Origin: Verrucomicrobiia bacterium
Lineage (GTDB): Bacteria > Verrucomicrobiota > Verrucomicrobiia > Limisphaerales > UBA8199
Assembly (NCBI GenBank): GCA_036524155.1
Contig: DATDCV010000500.1
Coordinates: 1 to 63,929 of the forward strand
Reading direction: 5' to 3'
Length of the DNA: 63,929 nucleotides
Shown: positions 49,833 through 57,277 of the stretch, piece after piece
How the letters are laid out: each line of letters begins with the position of its first letter
Position numbering within the stretch: position 1 is the first letter of the stretch
Position numbers and translations under genes: made by a program
Notes under the pieces: model-generated
The model's input: only the letters and a program-made list of their open reading frames with translations
Told to the model about the DNA's origin: nothing
Database searches by the model: none

Positions 49833-50025
49833 GAGAACTCCTTTCGGCACGGCGACTCCGGCGGGTGCGCCGTATCTCGAAGCTATCCCGGTCTTTGATA
49901 ATCCACTCCAGAGGCTCGCCCTTTTCCAGCTCCAGGGCCGCAGCCAGTGGAGCCGGGCAGATCAAATAAAACTGGCGGTTTTTGCCGCCCCGCTGGATGA
50001 CTTGCAGTTTCGAAAGGTAGGCCAT
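49825..50025 (-). CDS. AbrB/MazE-like small DNA-binding protein inside the IS
   Basis: SKLQVIQRGG..QFYLICPAPLAAALELEKGEPLEW swapped-hairpin pattern; overlaps transposase start by 8 nt. Confidence 0.72.
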   Translation of the reverse strand: MAYLSKLQVIQRGGKNRQFYLICPAPLAAALELEKGEPLEWIIKDRDSFEIRRTRRSRRAERSSHE

Positions 50026-50030
50026 GGGAT

Positions 50031-50059
50031 AAACTAGCTATATAGCTAGTTCCTGTCAA
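50031..50059 (-). promoter_or_regulatory. IS promoter with palindromic operator
   Basis: Minus strand TTGACA-N17-TAGTTT, then 5 nt to ATG; perfect palindrome AACTAGCTATATAGCTAGTT at 50032-50051. Confidence 0.72.
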
Positions 50060-50118
50060 TAAAATAATGAAATAATTTCTTCACACCTCCTGAGCGGATA
50101 CGCCATACAATACGGGCT

Positions 50119-50877
50119 ATGCAAACGGAGCCTCTCTCTAAACATCAGTTTGAAACCGCGACCAACTGCCGTCGCCGCCACGCCGGGTTTGCCCTCATCG
50201 AACTCGTGGTGGTCGTTCTGACTCTCCTGTTGCTCATCTTGGCTGTGGCGCCGGCCTTGAGCCACTCGAGGGGCCCCTCACAACGGATGGTGTGCTTGAA
50301 TAATCTGCGGCAGTTGATGCAGGCAACCGGCATGTATGCGCTGGATAACCGGGACTTCCTACCCTACCCGAACTGGGGCAATAGCACGGTGGGCTGGCTT
50401 TATCGGCCGGTAACCGGCCAGCCCCCTTCCAGCAGCGACCCGGCGTCGGGGGGCGGCTTGCTGTGGCCGTTCGTGAAAAAAACGTCTGCATACCGCTGTC
50501 CACTAGATACGCCGGCGGATCCGTATTGGGTCCAACGTGCCAACAAGCTCTCGACCTATGTCATGAACGGAGCCGTTTGCGGCTACGGCATGCTCATCCA
50601 GACCAGTCACCGCCTTAACCAGTTTAAACCGGAAGCTTATTGCCTCTGGGAGCCGGACGAAGACCTTGGCTCGCCTCCCATCGGGGCCTTTGCGTATAAC
50701 GACGCCTCTTCGTTCCCGGACCGCAGTGAAGGGCCTGGACGCCGCCATGCGGGCGGAACTGCGATCGGCACATTCGGAGGCAACGCCGCTTTTCCATCCA
50801 TCGGTTTCTTCACCGGGCAACAAACCGGCGGGCCGAACCTGGTCTGGTGTAATCCAGGATCGTCGAACGGGCACTGA
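50119..50877 (+). CDS. Prepilin-type N-terminal cleavage/methylation protein (PVC H-X9-DG-like family)
   Basis: AG|FALIELVVVV, C.NNLRQL, YRCP.D, YVMNG, RHAGG...FGG. Confidence 0.85.
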   Translation: MQTEPLSKHQFETATNCRRRHAGFALIELVVVVLTLLLLILAVAPALSHSRGPSQRMVCLNNLRQLMQATGMYALDNRDFLPYPNWGNSTVGWLYRPVTGQPPSSSDPASGGGLLWPFVKKTSAYRCPLDTPADPYWVQRANKLSTYVMNGAVCGYGMLIQTSHRLNQFKPEAYCLWEPDEDLGSPPIGAFAYNDASSFPDRSEGPGRRHAGGTAIGTFGGNAAFPSIGFFTGQQTGGPNLVWCNPGSSNGH

Positions 50878-51032
50878 GTCACCGACACTGTCCCGCCGCA
50901 GGCCACACGACGACCGTCACGACCGGATCCAACCGCCGGCCCAGCCGACTCTGCTTCCCTCCACGAAGCGAGTTCGAGATAAAGTGATCGGGACCAACGC
51001 CGCGCGGCTGCAGCCATTGTCGGCAGTGTCGC

Positions 51033-52934
51033 CTACGGCACCCCGACCACGCGGTAGAGCCGCGGCGGCTGGCCCGTCGTCGCGGTATCGAAATAGAACT
51101 CGGAGGTGTTGGTGAGGATTACCGTCGCCAGGGTCACCCACGCGTCTATCGGACCGAGTTGATTTATGTAATCCACGCGCACGGAGCTGCCGATGGCGCC
51201 GGTCAACCGAATGGCCGTAGCGAAGGTGAGGTCCAGCGCCGGTTGCGGCGTGTTTGTCTGCGAGACGCGGTAAAACCGTTGCCCCGGGAGGGGCTGCGAA
51301 AGATCAAAGCAGAATTGCGACTCGCTGCCCAGGCTCACGTCCGCGAGTGAAGACCATTCGGGAGCAGCGAGGTTATCCGCAAACTCAGCGTGGAAAGAGC
51401 TGCCGGAAGCGCCGGTCAACCGCACAGCGGGGACGACTCTCCTCTCTGTTGGAGCGATAACACTCAAGATCGCCGGAGCGCTGGTCAGCGCCAATCCCAT
51501 GTTCGTGACCATGACAGTGTAAGCCCCGGCCTGGGCGGGTTGAACGTCGGTCAGTTCCAGAACGGCATTAGTCTCGCCGGCCAGCGCGTTGGTCCCGTCC
51601 CGGTACCATTGGCAGGCGAGCCCCGGCGCGGCACTGGATGCCTGCACCTGCAATCGGGTTGTGCTGCCGATCTCGGCGGTCTGGGTCAAGGGCGGGACCT
51701 TTATGGAAAGGCACTCCAGACTGAAGACCACGCCACACCCATTGCCGGAATAAGGTCTGTAAGTGCCGCCGCCAGCCGTCGTCCCGTAAAGTGTGGTGGC
51801 CGCCAGCAGCAGCGCCCCGTCCGGATTCGCCCCGTCGCCTCCGGTGAAGTTCTTGAGCACTGCGTAGCCGGAGCCGTCCGTGTTCACCTTGAAGACCACA
51901 CCATTAACGGAAGTACTGCGTTCCCCCGAGCTCGTCGTCCCATAAAGCGTCGTGCCCCCCGCCAATACCAGTCCCGCTAGCGGGCTCCGGCCATCGCTCC
52001 AGAAGCACTTGAGACCCGTGTAGCCCGACCCGTCCGTGTTCACCTTGAAGACCGTGCCATCACCACCACAACCGGTTTCCGTCGTCCCATAGAGCGCGCT
52101 GCCCCCGGCTAAGACCAGGTCTCCGTAAACGTTCCCGTCCGGATAAATGATGACCTTGTAGCCCGAGCCGTCCGTGTTCACCCTGAAGATCACCCCTCGA
52201 CCATACTCGTTGGGAGGGTAAAACCCATTACCGCCCAGGACCGTGCCCCCGTAGAACGTGCTGCCACCGAGGACCAGGCCGCCAGCCGGCCCAGCCCCAT
52301 CGGTGCCCTCGAAATACTTGAGCACCGTGTACCCCGAGCCGTCCGCGTTCACCTTAAAGATGACTCCACAGCCCGCGTACGTAGGGGTCACAAGATGGCC
52401 GCCATAGTACGTCACGCCATAGAGCGTGCTGTCCACCAGGACCAGGGTCCCTCCCGGTTTCATGCCGTCGGTGCCCGTGAAGTTCTTAAGCACCGTGTAG
52501 CCCGATCCATCTGTGTTCACCTTGAAGACCACACCGTTACCCGAATCATAACGTGCCGGGTCATACGAGCTGCCTCCCCCTGTCGTCGTTCCATAAAGCG
52601 TGCTGCCCGCCAGGAGCAGGCGCCCGACCGGCCCGGCCCCGTCGCTGCCGGCGAAACTCTTTAACACGCTGTAGCCCGATCCATCCGTGTTGATCTTGAA
52701 AACCACGCCTAAACCCGGATTGGTTCCATTCGTGGCGTTATACGAAGCACCGCCCCCGGCCGCCGTCCCATAAAGCGTGCTGCCCGCCTGGACCAGGCCT
52801 GCAACCGGTCGCATGCCATCAGTGCCGGCGAAGTATTTCAGTACGCGGTAGCTTTGAGCCGATGCAACTGTGGTCAGCGCAAACGCGCAGGTTACGCTCA
52901 GCGGAAAGAATTTCAGGTGGCGGGAGTGGTGCAT
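51033..52934 (-). CDS. Secreted GloVer-type tandem repeat protein with Ig domain and duplicated C-terminal FYRV domain
   Basis: Repeats LYGTT..GG...G.VFKVNTDGSGY.VLK.F.G.DG..P. Confidence 0.85.
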   Translation of the reverse strand: MHHSRHLKFFPLSVTCAFALTTVASAQSYRVLKYFAGTDGMRPVAGLVQAGSTLYGTAAGGGASYNATNGTNPGLGVVFKINTDGSGYSVLKSFAGSDGAGPVGRLLLAGSTLYGTTTGGGSSYDPARYDSGNGVVFKVNTDGSGYTVLKNFTGTDGMKPGGTLVLVDSTLYGVTYYGGHLVTPTYAGCGVIFKVNADGSGYTVLKYFEGTDGAGPAGGLVLGGSTFYGGTVLGGNGFYPPNEYGRGVIFRVNTDGSGYKVIIYPDGNVYGDLVLAGGSALYGTTETGCGGDGTVFKVNTDGSGYTGLKCFWSDGRSPLAGLVLAGGTTLYGTTSSGERSTSVNGVVFKVNTDGSGYAVLKNFTGGDGANPDGALLLAATTLYGTTAGGGTYRPYSGNGCGVVFSLECLSIKVPPLTQTAEIGSTTRLQVQASSAAPGLACQWYRDGTNALAGETNAVLELTDVQPAQAGAYTVMVTNMGLALTSAPAILSVIAPTERRVVPAVRLTGASGSSFHAEFADNLAAPEWSSLADVSLGSESQFCFDLSQPLPGQRFYRVSQTNTPQPALDLTFATAIRLTGAIGSSVRVDYINQLGPIDAWVTLATVILTNTSEFYFDTATTGQPPRLYRVVGVP

Positions 52935-53276
52935 AGGGGCTGGAAAGGCTGCGGTTCACCTCCGGGAAACGGCCGGAGCGCGGTTTTGGACCTCAGTGCG
53001 GTGAGCCCGGGCAACCATTCACATTGCTCAAGCCAGACTGGAAACTGGCGGTTCATCGCGGTTTTCTGAGCCGTGTCCCGCACGCCGGCTGTCGGCTGCA
53101 TGAAGCGGGTCAGCGGCTCGTGCGGGTATTCCCAATTAGGACCCCGCAGTAGCAAAAAGGCAAGTCGTATTGGGAGTCGAAATAGCAGAGCCTGGCGAAG
53201 ACTACCGGCGCTCGCGCCCGCTGCATAATGCTTATGCATTGATAACAGTCGCGCGTTAGCTACGCTCCTTTTCCTA

Positions 53277-54860
53277 ATGAAGTTCTTATCCGGAAGGCGC
53301 TTGCTCAGAAGGGCGTTCGAGCGCGGGCTGGCGAATGCTAAACTGGAGGAAGTTACGCCCGGTGCCCAAGGGTGCCGGCTCTTTCGCACCCAATTGGCCC
53401 GCCCGGGCATGGTGATTCTAGCGGTCTCGTGTTGCGTGATGCTGACAAGCTGTTCCACCTCCAAGGCAAGTCGTGCCAAGGCAGACGCCGAGTTGCTTCG
53501 GCTTACCGGCTTTTGGCAGCCGTGCCAGATATACCTTCAGGCCTCGCCACATCAGCGGCTGTACGTGGAAGTGGACGCGGTTGAAGGATGCAGCCCTTCC
53601 GACGAGACCCTGGACAAACTACGCAATTTTCTTGCGACCCACTGCCAAAAGCCGGGCGGCATTGAGATCGTGCGCAGCGATGTCATCCCGCGCAAACGAG
53701 CACTGGGAATGTTGCCAAGCGCGCTGGCCCGGAAGCACGTCAACGGCCCGCCAGAGACCATCGCCGGAGGAGCGCCGGCGTTCCTGTACGTGCTCTATTA
53801 CGATGACATTCTGAGCGACCGGCCCGTCGTTGTCGAAACCGGCCATCCGGGAGCTCGGGCGGCAAAACACCTGCGTCTGACGAACCGGAATCCTCACGTC
53901 GACATGCTGCCGTATCCGGCGATGATTTACATGAACGCGCACTGGAGCCCCAAATCACTGCACGACGAAGCGCTGCTGCACGAGGCCGGACATGTTCTGG
54001 GCCTGGCGTTCAGGGCCGGCCACGCCTCCATGGGACATTGCCAAAGCCGCCCCTGCCTCATGACGGGGAGCGTGAGCCTCACCCGGTTCTTCCTTGGGCT
54101 GGATCCCGGCATCAAGGCGCCGCTGTGCGAGCGTTGCCTGGCGCAGTTGGCGGAAAGCCGGGCGCAGCCGCCGCCGTCCAACGTGCGATTCGTCGGACCG
54201 GTGTTGGTCCGTTCCGAAACCGGTTACCAGGTGCTAAGCCTGCCGCATCGGGCCAAAGTGATCGTGGGGGACTTGTCCGATCGGGATTGCGGGGATTTCG
54301 CGGCCGCTGTCGGCGCCGAAGCCGCGTCGCCGGGCGACAGCGAAGCCGAGTGGAGTGCGGGTGCGTCGGGGAAAGACGAACTGCTAAACGACCCGGGCAA
54401 GCTGAGTGACGTCCTCACGCGACTCAGCGCCGATCCCGACCGGCTGGTGCGGCGCGTTGGGCCGCGACTCTGGACAGCCTGCGCCGGCCAGTATACTGCT
54501 CGCGGCCAGTTCACAAACGCCGTCCAGGCGTGCCAAAAGGCGATTCTCGCGGACGCTGAGGATTATCAGGGCTATAACCTGCTCGGTTGGATAAAGGCCA
54601 CGTGCCCCGACGCGTCGATCCGCGATGGCCGGGAAGCGATCGCGGCCGCCACGAAAGCGTGTGAACTGACGCGGTGGAAAGAAGGGAACTGGATCGACAC
54701 TCTGGCCGCAGCCTGCGCGGAAGCCGGCGATTTCAAACGCGCGATTAAGTTCGAAGAACGAGCGTTGCGCACCGGCCAGCCCGCCGAGTCGGACCAGAAA
54801 GGCATGCGCGAGCGACTCGCGCTCTACCACCAGGCCCGGCCCTTCCGGGAGAAGCACTGA
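53277..54860 (+). CDS. Putative lipoprotein zinc metallopeptidase with C-terminal TPR
   Basis: LTSC lipobox (start probably 53409); HEAGHVLGL...HC...CLM...C..C; TPR with A.KACELT.W....DTLAAA.AEAGDF. Confidence 0.72.
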   Translation: MKFLSGRRLLRRAFERGLANAKLEEVTPGAQGCRLFRTQLARPGMVILAVSCCVMLTSCSTSKASRAKADAELLRLTGFWQPCQIYLQASPHQRLYVEVDAVEGCSPSDETLDKLRNFLATHCQKPGGIEIVRSDVIPRKRALGMLPSALARKHVNGPPETIAGGAPAFLYVLYYDDILSDRPVVVETGHPGARAAKHLRLTNRNPHVDMLPYPAMIYMNAHWSPKSLHDEALLHEAGHVLGLAFRAGHASMGHCQSRPCLMTGSVSLTRFFLGLDPGIKAPLCERCLAQLAESRAQPPPSNVRFVGPVLVRSETGYQVLSLPHRAKVIVGDLSDRDCGDFAAAVGAEAASPGDSEAEWSAGASGKDELLNDPGKLSDVLTRLSADPDRLVRRVGPRLWTACAGQYTARGQFTNAVQACQKAILADAEDYQGYNLLGWIKATCPDASIRDGREAIAAATKACELTRWKEGNWIDTLAAACAEAGDFKRAIKFEERALRTGQPAESDQKGMRERLALYHQARPFREKH

Positions 54861-56944
54861 TGGCTGAGGCGGTACGCACATTCTCCTTCTGCGATGGGCT
54901 TTTCAATCTGGTCGTGATGTCGCCTATGCATGCTGCTGCTTCCCATTTCAGGGTTAATCTTCTGGCTCTGATTGGTTCCGGAGTTCTCATCAGTGGGGAA
55001 CCCACCGAAGCCGGCACCACGCTTGTCGGTTTGTGGCGGTTTAACGAAGGTGCAGGAACAAACGTAATGGATTCATCTGGGTTCAACAATGACGGGGGTT
55101 TGGCAAGCGATGGCAATAATTTCCCAACCTGGACCACCGGGCAACCCGGGTTCGGCGGCGCGCTCCGCTTCGCCAGCGACCCCTGGGCCCATGCCTTCGT
55201 TGATATCCCGGGCAGCAGCTCCCTCAGAATTGGGGTAACGGTCACCAACTCGTGGTCCATCACGGCCTGGGCATACGAAGATTCGTACGGCACTTCCGAT
55301 TTTGTTTCTGTGTTCGGACACATCCTGGCAATCGATGATGAATGGGCCTTCGCTTTTTACTCCGGTTATTCTGGGTATGCGCGAATGTCCTGCGATGATC
55401 TGGTTCGCCACGGCTTCGAGGTGCCCTGGGTGGTGGGAGCGCTGTTGGACAGGTGGGTCCATTGGGCTTTGGTTTACGATGGCGCGCACTTCACTCTTTA
55501 TCGGAACGGGAACCAGGGTCCCTACGGCGCCGTGGAAACCAGGCCGCTCGTCGGGGCCCTCGGATTTGAAGGCTACACCGGCGGGGTCCGGATTGGCGCC
55601 GCACTCCAGTACCAGTCCGAGAGCACGTGGAACGGCATGCTGGACGACATCGCTGTGTTCCGCGGCGCGCTGACACTGACAGAGATCCGAACCATCATGC
55701 AGGGAGACTTTTCGCCTTACCTCGGCGGCCCACCGCATATTGTCAGGCAACCCGAGAGTCAGACCGCGCAGCCCGGGAACGACGTGGATTTGAGTATCGT
55801 CTGCCAGGGGTTGGCACCGATTAGCTACACGTGGTACCACAATCGCACGAACCTGTTGTTGCAGACGTCCGGCCCATCATTGGCGTTGCACAATGTCCAG
55901 CCGGCCCAGGCAGGCGAGTACTCTGTTACCGCCACGAACGCGCTCGGCGTTGCCTTCAGCGAGAACGCGGTCTTGATTGTGAACACTAACAAGGCCCGAA
56001 TGGTCGGGCTGTGGCGTTTCGACGAAGGCACCGGGACCAACGCCGCCGATGCGTCCGGTTTTAATAATCACGGAACGCTGAGAGGCGAATATGGAAACCT
56101 CCCCGCCTGGGTCGCCAGCCACCCCGGATTCGGGAACGCACTCCGTTTCACCAATGACGGCGTGCGTCGTGCATACGTGGAGATCCCTGGCGGCAGTTCC
56201 CTCAAAATCGGGCAGAGCGAGACCAACGCCTGGTCGATTGCGGTTTGGGCGTATGAAGATTCGGGAGGGTTTGGCGATTTTCAGTCCCTGCATGGCCGGC
56301 TCTTCGTTCTGGATAACGGCCGGGCGCTTCAATTCGAATCCGGCGTTGGAGGTGATGCGCAGATGTTAACCGGGAGCCGGTCAAATGCAGCGTGGCAGAT
56401 CGGGTGGGGGTCAGGCTCACCGGCAGCCCCCTTATTGGACCAGTGGGTGCATTGGACGTTGGTTTACAGTGGCGCCAGTTTAACTGTCTACCGAAATGGC
56501 AATCAGGGCGTGTACGGCGGCAAAGCAACATACCTGGTCCGTGCGGCACTCGGCTACGCCGGCTACGCCGGTTCCATTCGGATCGGTTCCGAACTGCTTG
56601 AGCCGATGAATTACGGCCCGAATGCCAAAGTCAACTGGAACGGCGTGCTGGACGACATTGCGGTCTTTAACACCGCGCTCACCGAAACCGAAGTCCGATC
56701 GGTGATGTCCGGCAATTTTGACGACTTCGTCGCGCGAGCGCCGCTCTCCGCCGTTCTCGGCGAGGGAAATGTCATCGTTAGCTGGACGGCGCTGTTGCCG
56801 GGTGCACGGCTTCAGTCCACTCCGTCGCTTTCAAATCCCCAATGGACCGATGTCCCGGAACCGGCTGCGCAGCGCGGCGCGGTGTTTACCGTAACTTTGC
56901 TGCCCGCCGGCGGAGCAAGGTTTTTTCGCCTGGGCAGTCCCTGA
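54860..56944 (+). CDS. Secreted LamG-Ig-LamG protein with C-terminal FFRL domain
   Basis: Two homologous LVGLWRF.EG.GT...D.SG.NN.G / W.G.LDDIAVF..ALT..E domains around an Ig fold; start may be about 54917-54926. Confidence 0.85.
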   Translation: MAEAVRTFSFCDGLFNLVVMSPMHAAASHFRVNLLALIGSGVLISGEPTEAGTTLVGLWRFNEGAGTNVMDSSGFNNDGGLASDGNNFPTWTTGQPGFGGALRFASDPWAHAFVDIPGSSSLRIGVTVTNSWSITAWAYEDSYGTSDFVSVFGHILAIDDEWAFAFYSGYSGYARMSCDDLVRHGFEVPWVVGALLDRWVHWALVYDGAHFTLYRNGNQGPYGAVETRPLVGALGFEGYTGGVRIGAALQYQSESTWNGMLDDIAVFRGALTLTEIRTIMQGDFSPYLGGPPHIVRQPESQTAQPGNDVDLSIVCQGLAPISYTWYHNRTNLLLQTSGPSLALHNVQPAQAGEYSVTATNALGVAFSENAVLIVNTNKARMVGLWRFDEGTGTNAADASGFNNHGTLRGEYGNLPAWVASHPGFGNALRFTNDGVRRAYVEIPGGSSLKIGQSETNAWSIAVWAYEDSGGFGDFQSLHGRLFVLDNGRALQFESGVGGDAQMLTGSRSNAAWQIGWGSGSPAAPLLDQWVHWTLVYSGASLTVYRNGNQGVYGGKATYLVRAALGYAGYAGSIRIGSELLEPMNYGPNAKVNWNGVLDDIAVFNTALTETEVRSVMSGNFDDFVARAPLSAVLGEGNVIVSWTALLPGARLQSTPSLSNPQWTDVPEPAAQRGAVFTVTLLPAGGARFFRLGSP

Positions 56945-56972
56945 TCTGAGGAGGTGAGACTCTTCCCGAATT

Positions 56973-57193
56973 GTACCCCTCAGAAGGTGTGAAAAAATTG
57001 GCGGAGCGCGAGTAAACGTTCAACACCCACGTTGAGGGCCAACCATTTGCGATTGCCAGTTTCGGCCGTGTTCAATTTTTTCACAGCTTCTCAGTCTTGG
57101 GTCGGAGCGCCGAGTTGTACTCGGCTTACAGGAGGCCGTCCGCTCGCCAAGCCGATTAGAAATCGGCGCTCCGACCCAAGACTGAAGCGATAC
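56973..57193. mobile_element. MITE family A, copy 7, interrupted in its left terminal repeat
   Basis: GTACCCCTCA | insert | TCAGTCTTGGGTC...GATAC; flanks CCCGAATT / CTCGAATT (7/8). Confidence 0.85.
56983..57090. mobile_element. 108-bp MITE with IS1182-type ends
   Basis: 18-bp IRs GAAGGTGTGAAAAAATTG / CAATTTTTTCACAGCTTC (1 mismatch), TCA duplication; left IR identical to the 49358 end. Confidence 0.88.
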
Positions 57194-57277
57194 CTCGAAT
57201 TGCCGCGTCAGACTTGCGCGGAAGAAGGGCGAGGCGTAAATTAAAGTTCAGTTAACCGCAGCTTAGGAGACTTCGCC

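Larger units (their letters stand above)
49358..50090 (-). mobile_element. Internally deleted IS1182-family element, 733 bp
   Basis: IRs GAAGGTGTGAAAAAATT / AATTTCTTCACACCTCC, TGA duplication, transposase N- and C-terminal remnants, AbrB-like passenger. Confidence 0.85.
49254..50101. mobile_element. MITE family A, copy 6, interrupted in its right terminal repeat by the IS1182-type element
   Basis: GTATCGCCTCAG at 49254 ... AAGACTGA | IS | TGAGCGGATAC to 50101; outer 8-bp flanks do not match. Confidence 0.85.

Noticed and set aside
49825..50025. Toxin-antitoxin module
   Set aside because: The gene downstream of the AbrB-like ORF is the transposase remnant, not a toxin.
51700..52850. DNA-level repeats in the GloVer gene (also RCC1 and LamG genes) as DGR template/variable repeats
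   Set aside because: They are in-frame protein repeats; no reverse transcriptase in the window and no adenine-specific pattern noticed.
53222..53238. TGCATAA-N3-TTATGCA palindrome between divergent genes
   Set aside because: Single occurrence with short arms and no recognisable cognate regulator; may be an operator but unsupported.
52913..53479. 188-aa minus-strand ORF
   Set aside because: Overlaps both neighbours, has no motifs and spans a likely divergent promoter region.
10423..57193. MITE A copies as a CRISPR array, tRNA or riboswitch
   Set aside because: Copies are dispersed kilobases apart with no spacers or cas genes, have terminal inverted repeats plus 8-bp duplications, and lack tRNA D/T-loop motifs.
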